Counted from the stretch's first letter, positions 13,971 to 27,537 are shown. The stretch is DNA of 64,000 bases from Octopus sinensis (GCF_006345805.1 NC_043004.1:100998001-101062000), one strand, 5' to 3'. The notes: generated by a model from the letters alone, not told the origin. Made by a program: numbers and translations.

Positions 13971-14599
13971 ACGAGCATATCCGTTCCCTTGAAATAAGAG
14001 ACCTCACGCAGATGTTAGAAATCAATATTATATGATATATGTACGTGGACTGTTTGGTGTTTTTAGTAAGCAAACTAGACCTCAATCACGGGCTTGAAAT
14101 GCGCACGCATACATATACATGCACACGCACACATACACAAACAAACGTACATACCCGCACACATACAAACACACGTACACTCGTACAAACACACGCACGC
14201 TCATACAAACATACTCACAGCATCGAAGTGAAAAAAATATATCGTCATACTCATTAATTTTGAAACATCTTAATTTCTTTACTTTTAACAACAATGTTGC
14301 AAGATAAGAAAAATATAAACATGTAAATGATAAATTACTTTGTTTTTAATTATTTCTAAATAATTATTTTCTTTTCTCTAATCTCGTTTAAGAAATTCTT
14401 ACAGACTGTTTAATTTCTCACTGTGGAAATAAATAATAAAAAAACTAGATCTAAATTGTATATATTGTGGGAAAAAATCTTATAGAAAGATGGTGAACAA
14501 AGAGAGTTCTTTGTATTAATCATGGCGTCTTATCGCAAATAGCTCAGAGGAAATCTGAAAACAATCATTTTAAGTCATTTAAAAGCAGCCTACAATATA

Positions 14600-14992
14600 T
14601 CACTCGCGGTGGTCTGCCCTTGGGCAGGTTCTGTGCATGTGAGCCTTCTCTTGTGCTCTTTATACGACCTGGGTGGGCCCGTGACCTCCCATGCTGCCAT
14701 CAAGTAGATTATTGGAACTTCGGCTACCATGTCTAGACTTGGGACGAATAGTTAGGAGGTTTCTTGTTGCTTTCTTCGGGCGTGTGGGATTTGCACTCAG
14801 AATGTAGAGAGCCGGGAGATATACCGTTAAGCATCTCCGCAGACACACCGACGATTCTGTCACTCTCCCAGCCGCAGGGCAACGTAAAATGAAGTATTTT
14901 GCTTAAGAACACAACTTGCCTCCCAGCTCGAGAATCGTATCCTCGATCTGGCGATCGTGAGTACTATACCCTAACCACTAGGTCACGCGCGT
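14600..14992 (-). mobile_element. old tRNA-derived SINE
   Basis: Minus-strand head GCGCGTGACCTAGTGGTTAGGGTATAGTACTCACGATCG..GATTCTCG at 14900-14992; the 3' boundary is uncertain. Confidence 0.6.
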
Positions 14993-15404
14993 ACAATAAC
15001 TGTCTATGGGGTGGTGTATTTCTGTTTGTGTGTGTGTGTGTGTGTGGTGTGTGTGTGTGTGTGTGTGTGTGTGTTGTGTGTGTGTGTGTGTGCGTGTGTG
15101 GATTCTCCCATCGGTTTCGACGTTTGGGTGTATGGCGGTACAGGGACATGGGAGTGGGGCCTAGCAGCCAATATTATAGCCGTCGGACTACCCACAGAGA
15201 TTATTTATTTTTAATGGTGTGTTGTTGTTATTGTTGTTGCTTTTATGTCTCAGAGAAGAGGTTACGTCACTCATTCTTCATTTTGAGCTTTCATTTTCCT
15301 TCCCGTGTGTAAATTATCGGAGTCGAAACTATGAGCATGTTTTCAGGAGAGATAATCAGAGAAATACTTGAAAGTCAACGTAAGATCGTAATACTTCATT
15401 TAAA

Positions 15405-15590
15405 GTAAATATAACAAATAATCCAGAATCCTTGTCAGGTACCGGATCAATCCCCAAATCTAATCAATTCGTGCCAATCACGAGGCCAAACATCCCTGAA
15501 AGTTTCATCTGAATCCATCCAACGGTTCTTGAGGTATCTTGTCCACGGACAAGCAAACAAACAATCTCGACTGAAAAGAATACCTCCACT
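15405..15590 (+). mobile_element. DINE-1/HINE-like (Helentron-associated) non-autonomous element
   Basis: AAAGTTTCATCTGAATCCATCCAACGGTTCTTGAG..ACGGACAAGCAAACAAAC..GAAAAGAATACCTCC follows the layout typical of such elements; family assigned from recalled consensus. Confidence 0.5.
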
Positions 15591-15591
15591 T

Positions 15592-15662
<71 letters not shown>

Positions 15663-15789
15663 TGATAATAATAAGAAGAAGAAGAAGAAGGAGGAGGAGG
15701 AGGAGGAGGGTAAACTGGGAAAGAAGATGGCTGCCTTTGAATCAATGACTATCAAAGAAGTTGTTGGAATTTTGAAACAAGTTCAGGTA

Positions 15790-16210
15790 GAACAAAGGAA
15801 AGACAACGAAAGAATTTCTTAGATCTAGAAACACCAGAACTAACACAAACATAGAAAGCCAAAACAAAAGGTTGGATGTCACCATCAACAAGACCAACCA
15901 TAGGAAGATACTGGCAATAGACGGAATTGTCAATGTTTGGATCGAGAACCTGACCAGTATCTACGAAGTCCTCACGTCTGCTTGTAATGGTATCATCAAG
16001 ACCTCCGAGAAATGTCCTGAATAACTTTCAGATCCTTTTTAAATACAGGACATGTGAACTCACAGATAGCTCGGCCCCATACTCAAGACAGGCAAGATCA
16101 TCGCTTCCATCATCACAGACAGGAGCTATAGCAGGATAGAAGAGGTGTTTAAAGAAAGAAGCTACCGATGCAAGGACCAGCTACTCTTCAGTAAAACTAC
16201 GTAGCAAGAG
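15790..16210 (+). pseudogene. R4/Dong-clade LINE reverse-transcriptase fragment
   Basis: RKILAIDGIVNVWIENLTSIYEVL (cf. NWKAPGPDGIxNFWxKxL) and KERSYRCKDQLLFSK (cf. GSYGCKDQLLINK). Confidence 0.75.
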
Positions 16211-16229
16211 GTTGAATCAGAGACCGGAA

Positions 16230-16960
16230 ATAATCGTCATCAATCTTAACTATTTCGCTAATCTCTCGAAGATTTGCACAGGGGGAAATGCATTTAGCAT
16301 CCAGTAACCGAGTTCCTGTCTGCGATGTCCTCTTAGGTTGTCTGTGGAGAATACGTAGAAATGTGGATAATTTACGCTGTCCCTCTAGACTCCCCTACTG
16401 AACAACCTATCTAGATGCGGTCTAGATGATCTGATGTGGATTACCCATGTCCACATCGACACATTCGGAAAGTCTATTCGGTACTTGTCATGCTGTTGTA
16501 AACATCTGAACTGGTTTGTGAGGCTTTTGCACCCAAGGCTCTTATCAATCAACTCCACACAGTCGAAGCGAGTACATCCAAGATGACGTTCCAATTTCTC
16601 TCTAACACGAAAGTGTGGGACATTCCTAGGGGGAACTCAAAACGCCAGAAGAAATCTGGCCGCTCCCATCTATGCTACAGTGTAGACTGCTACCAGTCTG
16701 AAAGTAAGCCCTTCGATGATTGTCATGTCCCCTTCTCACGACTTATCTTCTTGTCCCAGACATTTAGAAAACGCCTTAGCAACTCCAACGTCTTATCGTG
16801 GACCATTCTCTATAAGTTGTGCCTTATAAATCTTGGTTTTGCTAATGTTAACCACATCTTTGTCTAGTCACCTGATGTTGTTAAATAGGTAACCCTGCTT
16901 ACAAAGTGACCCACGGCCACGTGCATACACACTGCCAATTCCACAAGTAAATCTTTTGAT
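16230..16960 (-). pseudogene. Tx1/L1-clade LINE apurinic-endonuclease fragment
   Basis: Minus-strand remnants KQGYL..IR.LDKDVV, FRLVAVY, ERPDFF, NWNVILD, GCKSL..DKYRIDFPNVSMWTW..RPHLDRLF. Confidence 0.75.
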
Positions 16961-17014
16961 AGTCTTTTGTTAATACTACTTCTCAGAAATCTCACATTCC
17001 ACCGGTATTTTTGC

Positions 17015-17421
17015 TTACTCTACTCTTTACTCTTTTACTTGTTTCAGTCATTTGACTGCGGCCATGCTGGAGCACCGCCTTTAGTCGATCAAATCGACCC
17101 TGAGAATTATTCTTTTGTAAGGCCAGTACTTATTCTATCAGTCTCTTTTGCCGAACCGCTAAGTGACGGGGACGTAAACACACCAGCATCGGTTGTCAAG
17201 CAATGCTAGGGGGACAAACACTGACTCACAAACATATACACACACACTTATATATATATATACATATATACGACAGTCTTCTTTCAGTTTCCATCTACCA
17301 AATCCACTCACAAGGCATTGGTCGGCCCGGGGCTATAGCAGAAGACACTTGCCCAAGATGCCACGCAGTGGGACTGAACCCAGAACCATGTGGTTGGTTA
17401 GCAAGCTACTTACCACACAGC
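17015..17421 (-). mobile_element. SINE family A
   Basis: Matches the family A consensus. Confidence 0.92.
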
Positions 17422-17929
17422 CGTTTGTTTTTTTGTAATGCTTTGTGATATTAGGATGATTTTTTATGTGTATCTGTATGCTATTTGTTAATGCGGTTAG
17501 CTGTATAAAGACATTTGTTAATGCGGTGTAGTTATCGTGTGTGCGATATTTGTATATTGATCAATTTGTATGTTCATCATTTTTCTCTTTTTTTTTTTTT
17601 TGCTAGTGTCTATCGCCGAGTAGTTCATGGCTTCGCTTCTTATTCGTGTTGCGAGGTGGGGAGGTTCTGGCTAGTGATGTTTTTGTGCGTGTGTCCGTGA
17701 TATATTCACCGTGATGATGATGATGATGGCATTAATTGTACAGGTGCTCCTGCTGTTGGAAGTGCTGCTGGTGTGTTGTTACTCAAAAGCACTTTGTTTT
17801 TTATAGACATCAAAAGACCGAAAGTCTAAGTTGACCTCGGCGGAACTTAAACTCAGAACGTAGAGAGCCGGACAGATTGCGACAAAACACATTTATTGAC
17901 GCACTAGTAATTCTGCAAGCTCACCGCCC

Positions 17930-17930
17930 T

Positions 17931-17992
<62 letters not shown>

Positions 17993-18158
17993 CAGCAGCA
18001 GCAGTAGCAGTAGTAGTAGTAGTAGTAGTGGTGGTGGTGGTAGTAGTATTTGTGGTTGTGTTGGCGGTGGATGTGTTGTTATTATTTATCCCCCCCTTTA
18101 GCATTAATGACCTTGTGCCAAAATTTGAAATCGTTGTTATTATTATTATTATTATTAT

Positions 18159-18195
<37 letters not shown>

Positions 18196-18200
18196 TGTAT
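17930..18200. repeat. (AGT)n, (GGT)n and (ATT)n trinucleotide tracts
   Basis: Directly visible. Confidence 0.95.
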
Positions 18201-18841
18201 GTTGATGTAAAATGTATTTCCACTAAACTTTATTAAAAAAAAAAAATCAATATTTCTCAAGACATTTTTTTTTCCTGCCACTATATTTAGGATGTGATGT
18301 CAAGATTCGTTTCCTCTTGGTTAAAAGACCAAAATAAAGACTAAAGTGGGTGGTGAGAAGGATGTATCCGGGAGAGGGGTTCCCTGTGTGTAAATGTGTA
18401 TATTTGTTCGTATTTGTATAACGTAGTCTGTATTTGTGTAAGTAACCAGAAAGAGCCTGATGCGTGTGTGCGCGTGTGTCTATGTGTATGTACTTATATA
18501 TACTTGTGTGTGTGTGTACACACCTAGACACTCTCTCTTTCATCGTGCTCGTGTATGCATGATGTGCCTATGATAACTGAAGTGGTAATATTCAATACGC
18601 TGGATCAACAGGTTATTTCTGAGACTACTTTTGCAAGTTTCATTTGAAGCAGACCACATTGGGAGCACTCAATAATAACAGTAACGACACAGCCACTATC
18701 AAACCCACACCACCAACACCACACTGTTATCACCATCACAGCATGGCCTACTCGAAATAACAGCCAACACTAACTCAAACCACTTCATACTTCCATTAGG
18801 AAAAGAAGTATACTTTAGACAATTTAATATTAAATACCTCA

Positions 18842-19835
18842 TTAGTACGCCGGGCGAAATGCGTACCGGTACTTCGTCTGTCTTTCCGTTCTAAGTTCAA
18901 ATTCCGCCGAGGTCGACTTTGCTGTTCATTTTTGGGGGGTTAATAAATTAAGTAACATTTGCGTAATGGGTCGATCTAATCGACTGCCTACCCCCACCTC
19001 CCCAAAAATTTCGGGCCTTATGCCTAGAGTAGAAAAGAATATTAAATACCTCAGAAGATGGCTGGCCAGCAGAATCGTTAGCACACCGAGCAAAATGCTT
19101 GACGGCATTTCGTCCGTCTTTACGTTCTGAGTTCAAATTCCGCCGAGGCCGACTTTGCCTTTCATCCTTTCAGGTCAATAAGTTAAGAACCAGTTGAGCA
19201 ATGAGGCCGATGTAATTGACTTATCCCTACCCCCGAACTTGCTGGATTTATATTGGGTTGTCCGGAAAGTTCGTGCCGATTTATAGTAGCTTACATTTCG
19301 ATTTATTTTAGAACATGGTTGAATCCATAAAATAGGATTTGACTACACCTCCATTTAGAGCACAGTTTAAGCTATCTTTTCGTGGAAGAAGGTTTATGTT
19401 CCTATAACCTGTGCTAATTTTGTAACCCTTTAATATGGAAGATAAGAAAGTTCATTTTCGGCACTTGGTGCTTTGGGAACCAGACAAAAATTGCTGCAGC
19501 TCGGCTGGGATGTGTTACCCTACCTTCCATATTCACCAGATATTGCTCCTTCGTATTTCCACTCATTCAGGTCTCTGCAGAATAGCCTTAATGGTGAAAA
19601 TTTCAATTCCTTAGATGACGTAAAGAGATACCTTGATGAATTCTTTGCCATGAAACCACCTCAATTCTGGGAAGAGGGTATCTTCAAGTTAAAGGAAAGA
19701 TGGAGACGCATTGTGCAACAAAATAGTTCATATTTGGTTGATTAAAAATGCAATGGCAAGTATTTATTGGCCTTTTTCTTTCCTTTAAAAATCGGCACGA
19801 ACTTTCCGGACAACCCAATACTAAAATTTTAAGCC
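18842..19835 (+). mobile_element. two head-to-tail SINE D copies; the second is interrupted by a mariner
   Basis: AATATTAAATACCTC(A) occurs at 18826, at 19038 and (1-nt deletion) at 19836, separating the two SINE bodies. Confidence 0.85.
19253..19818 (+). mobile_element. internally deleted mariner transposon
   Basis: Perfect 30-bp TIRs TTGGGTTGTCCGGAAAGTTCGTGCCGATTT (19253-19282 and 19789-19818), TA TSD; transposase start MEDKKVHFRHL at 19435 fused out of frame to the C-terminus with YSPDIAPS..GIFKLKERWRRIV, stop at 19745. Confidence 0.96.
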
Positions 19836-20522
19836 AATATTAAAACCTCTAAATCTATTACATCTTCTGTAACAGCTGGAATATCTTTCATCATAAGTCT
19901 GTTCGATCAATGCTGACATTGACACTAAGAAAAATTGCACAATCACTGCCGATAATCACTAACAATGCAACTACTACGAGACACAATGTGGTTGCCCGGC
20001 CTGTTAGAAGCAGCAACAAAATCTCAGTCAACCGACAGGAAAACGAAAGGACACATTCTGTAATGTAGTTTTAGGTAAATAAGATGGAGTCATCAATACC
20101 TGATGCCTTTTATTATGGATTTAACCGATCACTATTCAAAGCTAAACAACAACAGTACTTCGGATAACGGGGATTACTTCTACCATCACAAACAACAACC
20201 GCAATACCACCACCACAATAGCAGCCAAATTTCCTTTAAATTAAACAAAGGACACACTAGCTAGTGTAGTCCATAGTGCTAGATAAACTATGTCTGAAAA
20301 TTAGACGAGGTATACGAAGTTGGAACGTTTTTCATCAAAGGTCAGCTCAATCAGTGCCTACCTGGGGTTAAACAACAGCAACAAGAACCGCGACATCGCT
20401 GCAATAATACTACCACTTCCCCAACAATGACAACACAACCACCATCACCAACAGCATTAACAACATTACAGCAAAATAACCACAAGTAATAACCAGGGTA
20501 CTACAACCCCTACCATCATCTA

Positions 20523-20928
20523 TACTCTTTTACTCTTTTACTCTTTTATTGTTTCAGTCATTTGACTGCAGCCATGCTGGAGCACCGCCTTAATCGAGCA
20601 ACTCGACCCAAGGACTTATTCTTTGTAAGCCCAGTACTTATTATATCGGTCTCTTTTGCCGAACCGCTAAGTAACGGGGACATAAACACACCAGCATCGG
20701 TTTCAAGCAATGCTAGGGGACAAACACAGACAACACAAACACACCACACACACATACATAATATATATATATACATATATACGACGGGCTTCTTTCAGTT
20801 TTCCGTCTACCAAATCCACTCACAAGGCATTGGTCGGTCCGGGGCTATAGCAGAAGACACATGCCCAGATGCCACGCAGTGGGACTGAACCCGGAAACAT
20901 GTGGTTGGTAAACAAGCTACCTACCACT
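20523..20928 (-). mobile_element. SINE family A
   Basis: Matches the family A consensus. Confidence 0.9.
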
Positions 20929-21320
20929 ACCCAATAAACAAGAACAACAACAACAAAACAATACATGTCAAAAAAGACTTATTGTTTGTGTCAGTGCTGA
21001 TTAAATGTTTTATATTCAAAATTACTCAACAGGTAATATTACAGTTCAGTGCAGACACAACATTCTAGAAGTGTCAGATTCAACGCTTTATGACTGACAT
21101 ATCATTTTAATATAGTTGATTCTGTATTCAGCCCTCCGCTCAACAATCATAAGTTTGTAGTAATTCACCATTTGTTGTGTACTGTGCCGTGTCATAAACA
21201 CTACTCCACTTAACTGACACCCAAGTAGAGGAGTTTGGGGTATAATTGTCTAGTAACGACCATAATGATGAGGCACTGTTAAGGCAGAGATGCAGAGGAT
21301 ATGTGTAGAATGAAGAGGTG

Positions 21321-21981
21321 TACTCTTTTTTCCTCTTTTACTTATTTCAGTCATTTGACTGTGGCCATGCTGGAGCACCGCCTTTAGTCGAGCAAATCCA
21401 CCCCAGGACTTATTCTTTGTAAGCCTAGTACTTATTCGATCGGTCTCTCTTGCCGAGCCGCTAAGTTACGGGGACGTAAACACACCAGCATCGGTTGTCA
21501 AGCGATGTTGGGGGGACAAACGCACACACAACATACATACATACATGCATGCATGCATGCATGCATACATACATACATACATACATACATACGTACGTAC
21601 GTACGTATGTATGTATGTATGTAGTTATATATTATAGGGTAAATACCTATACCCCTTCGGTCATGAATGACATGGGATTGCACCTAGAAAGTTACCCTCC
21701 TAGACACAAGTCCGGGCAAGGTTTGTTTATGGAAGGCCCGCAGTCGCCCATGCATACCAGCCTCCCCTCTCCACCCACCAGTGTTAATCCAAGGTAAAGA
21801 CAAAGGTCGATACAGCTTTTTCAACAGTGACGTCGCAACTCATTTCTACAGCTGAGTGAACTGGAGCAACGTGAAATAAAGTGCCTGCTCGAGAAAAACA
21901 CGCAGCCCGGTCCCGGGATTCGAGCTCACAACCTCACGATCGTAAGCTCGACGCTCTAACCACTGATCCATGCGCCTTCAC

Positions 21982-22031
<50 letters not shown>

Positions 22032-22052
22032 ATATATATATATATATATTAT

Positions 22053-22083
<31 letters not shown>

Positions 22084-22111
22084 TATTTATATATATATAT
22101 ATTTATATATA

Positions 22112-22184
<73 letters not shown>

Positions 22185-22188
22185 ATAT

Positions 22189-22226
<38 letters not shown>

Positions 22227-22385
22227 TATATATATAATATATATTATATATATATATATATATTCATACTATATACGACGGCTTCTTTCATTTCCATTTA
22301 CCAAATCCACTCACAAGGTTTTGTCGGCCCGAGGCTATAGTAGGAGACACTTTCCCAAGGTGCCACGCAGTAGGCTGAACCCGGT
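21321..22385 (-). mobile_element. SINE family A interrupted in its internal microsatellite
   Basis: 3' half at 21321-21530 and 5' half at 22270-22385; SINE C and a (TA)n tract lie between them. Confidence 0.88.
21640..21981 (-). mobile_element. SINE family C (tRNA-derived)
   Basis: Minus-strand head GTGAAGGCGCATGGATCAGTGGTTAGAGCGTCGAGCTTACGATC..CTCGAATCCC followed by a body distinct from families A, B and D. Confidence 0.85.
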
Positions 22386-22629
22386 GGATTTGCCTCGATA
22401 GATGTTCTATATAATTTCCGAGTGGAGACAAATTAAAATTAGTAGAAAGACATGAAATGCTGAAATCTTGAGCAACGATCGTGAAATATATTTTATTCAT
22501 GGTTCGTAATAATCACGAATGTAAATCGGATTAGTTTGATTCTGACAAATGGAATCAATCTTTTCCAAAAACTGTGACTAAACTGAGACACTGAGATCAT
22601 ATAGCGGTATAACGGAATAACGGAATAAC

Positions 22630-22852
22630 GCAAGGCCGGCGAACTGGCAGAATCATTAGCACGTCGGGCGAAATGCTTAGCGGTATTTCGTCCGTCCTTA
22701 CGTTCCGCCGAGGTCGACTTTGCCTTTCATCCTTTTGGGGTCGATAAATTAAGTACCAGTTACGTACTGGGGTCGATCTAATCGACTTAATACCTATGTC
22801 TGTCCTTGTTTGTCCCCTCTATGTTTAGCCGCTTGTGGGTAATAAAGAAATA
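22630..22852 (+). mobile_element. SINE family D, long-tail variant
   Basis: 22-bp TSD GGTATAACGGAATAACGGAATA at 22606-22627 and 22853-22874. Confidence 0.93.
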
Positions 22853-23299
22853 GGTATAACGGAATAACGGAATAGCAGTCGTCAAGTATAAGCAGAACAG
22901 TACAAATAGTGGCTCTGGTGGATGAGAGGTAATAGTTGATATTTCAACACACGCGGAAGAGATATTGTTGTTTAGTCCCAGGTCAACTCAGATCACGTAC
23001 ACCTATGGCCTAAAGCATTCTCGCCATGATCAGTCAATCTTTTTAGTCTCATATAGGTCTTATACTATCTGATCTCCTGTCTTTGCACCATGAGTAACAA
23101 AATACTGGCTCCTTCGGGTATATTTTGTCGGTGTGTCAGCAGTAATAACTTTTAAGGTTGTATTTTAAAAAGGTCCCGTTGATTAGGACGATATCATGAT
23201 ATTAGTGACGGCAAAATATTGATTGAGCGTGGAATATACTGGTTGGTTGTTGTGGTTGCGTGATATTAGCATTAGTAACTTTATTTATTTATTTATTTA

Positions 23300-23637
23300 T
23301 TTCAGTCATTAAACTGAAATAAGTAAATGTCAGGACACCACCTTGAAGAATTTTAGTCGAACGGATCGACCCTAGTGCTTATTTTTAAAGTCAGGTATTT
23401 ATTCTATTACGGGATTGTAAACACACCAACACCGGTTGTCAAGCGATGGTGAGGCACAAAAACAGACACAAAGACATACACACACATACACAAACACACA
23501 CACATATCCTCTCACAAGGCTTTGGTCGGTCCGGAACTACAGTAGACGACACTTACCCATATGCCACAAAGTGGGATTGAACCCGGGACCATGTGGTTGA
23601 GAAGAAAACTTCTTACCGCACAGTCGCGCCTGAGCCT
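23300..23637 (-). mobile_element. older SINE family A variant with internal deletions
   Basis: Diverged match to the family A consensus. Confidence 0.8.
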
Positions 23638-24049
23638 GTTTGGGTAAAATAAGATCTATTGGCAGTGGAGTTTTGAGTGAAGCACGGCTTCGTTTCCAAT
23701 TCCACATTCAAGCCAGGATTTTAGACAGATATACGATACAGTTCGATTACATCCTTCAAAGTGCTGAGCTTCAGATTGGATCAGAACAGAGTAATGATGA
23801 TGTGTCACTAAAAATATGATATTGAATACTCTTTTTGCAAACAGGGAAAACTGATATGAAACACTGAGATCGAGGAGAAGATGATGAGATAACGTTTTTC
23901 TCCCGCTTCCTGGTTGGTTAAAATCTTGTTTGTAGATTGCAGTATAACAAATGGAATCGTATCTTTCCCTAAAACATGACTGAAGAAGCTAATGACAATC
24001 GATTCTGACATATATCGGCCAATTTCTTTGAATCCCCGTTACTTTTATC

Positions 24050-24166
24050 ATTCTCTCCCTCTCCTTCTCTCTTACTTTCTCTCCCTCTCCTTCTCTCTTA
24101 CTTTCTCTCCCCTCTCCTTCTCTCTTACTTTCTCTCCCTCTCCTTCTCTCTTACTTTCTCTCCCCA

Positions 24167-24221
<55 letters not shown>

Positions 24222-24430
24222 GTTCGTCTTACATCCTCACCATGCATATCAACTAATTCTGTTTTCGCTTTATCTAAATCCTTTTGTATTCTTTCCTCCT
24301 CCTCCTCCTCCTCTTCCTCCTCTTCTTCTTCTTCTTCTTCTTCTTCTTCTGCTACTACTACTACTACTTTCTGCAGCTGATGATGCTACTGCTGATGCTA
24401 CTGCTGCTATTACTATTACTACTGCTACTT
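24050..24430. repeat. pyrimidine-rich 26-27-bp minisatellite x4, (CT)n, then CCT/CTT/CTA/CTG triplet tracts
   Basis: Unit CTCCTTCTCTCTTACTTTCTCTCCC(T) repeated from 24061. Confidence 0.9.
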
Positions 24431-25549
24431 CTTCAAGTATCACTTGAAAAGGAAAGTGAAAGTAGAAGTGAAAGTTTTGCCTAGCGAATGTTTCAAAAAA
24501 AGATGGTTGAATGTAGCAAGGATGGCACGCATGAATGTCGAAGCCACCTTGAGCATGATCCTATGAACCCGGAAAATTTTAAAACAGAGAGTTACTTACT
24601 TGCAAATAAATGTGTTAACATGTAACATTATTGACCGAGGTTACCATGGTCTTTTCAGTAGGCTTTTCTTTCCACCAATAAATCTTATCTGTTTCCCCCT
24701 TTACACTTTACATCATGACATTTATGTGGTACACGATCCCTATTGATCGTTTTTTTTCTTTTCCTTTCCTTTCTTACGACCCCTTTTGTTCGAAAACCTA
24801 CCCCACTTTTTTTCCTCCGCAAAAAGAAAGCTCTACTCTGTAATGTGTCCCGCCAGTGTTCAGCCCTGTGTGGCTAATAAAGAAACGTATTACTATTGCT
24901 ACTATTATGTACATTCCTTCATCTTGTTTCAGTTGATCTTCTAAGTCTTTTTTGAGAATGCTCACGCCAAATTTTGGAGAAGCATTAGTCGTATGTATGT
25001 GCGCATGCGTACGCAAAGAGAGTGACAGAAAGAGAAAGAAAAGCATTTCAACATTCCATTAAATTATTGTCTCAATTTTAGGAAATCTGTCTTTTATTCT
25101 TCACGTTTCTATTAAAAGAAAACAAAACAAAGAGAGCAAATAAGACGCTATTTCTTACACAAACGATTCTGTGACAGTCTTGTCGCAGAAAACTATTGGA
25201 ATGATTTCCAGTTAATTTAAATAGACTACCAAAGTGTCCAAGTTACTCGGAAAAATTTGTAAGCTTGATTTTTTTTTTTCTTTCACCACTTTTGAAAGTA
25301 GAAAACAAAAATGGTAAATTGAAGCCATTTCTTCTTATTCTGTTTATATTCTGTTTCTGACCACTTGTATTTTTTTTTTATTATTATTTTTTCACTTTTG
25401 AGAAAGAACGAAAATTTTAATTCCGACATATTGTACTTTACTTTTCTGTGGAAGTAAGAGTGGCGGGAGGGGCTACCTTTTGTTTAAGCTTTTTATAGCA
25501 AAAGAATCTAAACCTCGATTAAAATATCGTTATTCCATTGGATAACGTG

Positions 25550-25622
25550 TTTTATTATTATTATTATCATTATTATTATTATTATTACTATTATTGTTAT
25601 TATTATTATCATCATCATCATT

Positions 25623-25709
<87 letters not shown>

Positions 25710-25965
25710 ACATTTTTGTTTTTATTTTAAATTTTTCTGTTATTTTTATTATTATTTTGTAACTTATTTAATTATTTTATCATTTCATTATATGTAAACC
25801 CCACACTTTATGTCTGTCTTTGTAATGCCCCCACCTCATCTTTCACCCTGGTGGAAAATCAATGAAATCATTATTATTATTATTTAAGACGTCGCGCAGT
25901 ATCCAATATCGCGTTATTGGTTGTATTATTATTATTATTATGATTATTATTATTATTATTATTAT

Positions 25966-26063
<98 letters not shown>

Positions 26064-26390
26064 TAGTAGTAGTAGTAGTAACAGTAGTATCGTTGTTATT
26101 GTCGTTATTAAACAACAACAGTTTCATTGTTATTATTATTTAGTTTATTTTTCCAAATTTGGTTTGTTCTGTTAGTTTGTCTGTCCACAGACACTTGTCA
26201 CTACATGTCATTTATTGCTCGACGAAAGAGACAGAGACAGAGAGAGAGAGAGAGAGAGGGAGAGAGGGAGAGAGAGAGGGGGAGAGAGAGAGATTTATGT
26301 TCTCGAAAATTTTAATGGTTAATGCCATCAGTATCGTGTCCCTCCTTCTCCACCGTACCATCATCATCATCATCATCATCATCATCATTT
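25550..26390. repeat. (ATT)n, (ATC)n, (AGT)n and (GA)n microsatellite cluster
   Basis: Directly visible. Confidence 0.95.
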
Positions 26391-26936
26391 TCATAAGAGA
26401 TCTGGTTTATGAATTACGTGGATTAAAGGAATTGCTCGTCTGTCGGACAAAATGAATTATTTTGCAACCCTTCACATTTTGAATTCAAATCTCGCAGAGA
26501 TCTACTTTGCCTTTCATCCTTCTAGGGATCGATAAAATGATTACCAGCCAAATACTAGGATCGATATACTTGACTTTTCCATCACTGCAATATCTGTGGC
26601 CTTGTGCTTATCGAAGAATTCATATTATTGTTATTATTTGATTTGCCAGCAACAGTCTGTCTTTTAAAAACTCATGAATTTCTAAGAAATATCGGATTTC
26701 TTTGCAAATTGCAATTTTCTTTTATTTTGTTACTATGTTCATGCGGTCACGCTACATGCAGATTGAGGAGTTATTTTCCCAATTTTTATTCATTTCCGGA
26801 TCAAAAGAACTACATTTTGGAACGACTCATTTTGTCGTCAGACAGTTTTTAAAAATTATATATAAGCATAATGTTCACTAAGGTAACAATAGGTGAAGGG
26901 TTCCATTAAGGTAGCTGTAATATATATATATTATTG

Positions 26937-27089
26937 GAAAACAGTGAATGAACAATCACTCGTATTACAAATGGTCGCCCAACTGAGTCTCTTGTACGCA
27001 ACGGAAGCAGTATGAGGTTTAAATAGCTGTGTATCGTACTTAAAGTAAATAAATCGCAGAAAGCAAATTGGTTGCGGTGTTCGTTCGGA
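26937..27089 (+). repeat. ~153-bp repeat, inverted copy of 30573-30726
   Basis: GAAAACAGTGAATGAACAATCACTCGTATTACAAATGGTCGCCC..CAACGGAAGCAGTATGAGG..GCGGTGTTCGTTCGGA matches the reverse complement of 30573-30726. Confidence 0.9.
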
Positions 27090-27337
27090 CGACGGGTAAA
27101 TACTCAGAAACCCGGCTCCGTGCGTATCACGTCAGGTCATTATGGGAAGGATGGCTTCCCTTTGCAAATACTGATAGGGCACAGAAAGTGTGTCAATAGC
27201 CAGCTGGAGAAGATGTTCTCCTGGAGCTACAAGCTACAGTAGCATCCACCCTTAGTGGCTAGCCACGTTTAAGTGACAAATATACTTCACATTGTCGTGC
27301 AGCTACTGTTTATACCTCATACGTTCGTTATGATTAT

Positions 27338-27389
<52 letters not shown>

Positions 27390-27390
27390 C

Positions 27391-27425
<35 letters not shown>

Positions 27426-27503
27426 AATATATGTATAATATATATTATAATATATATATTGTATTGTATATATATATATATATACATTATATATATATAT
27501 ATA

Positions 27504-27537
<34 letters not shown>

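Noticed and set aside
26916-27278. Solo LTR (TGTAA...GTGACA with internal AATAAA)
   Set aside because: No matching TSD, and the homologous copy at 30573 does not share these ends.
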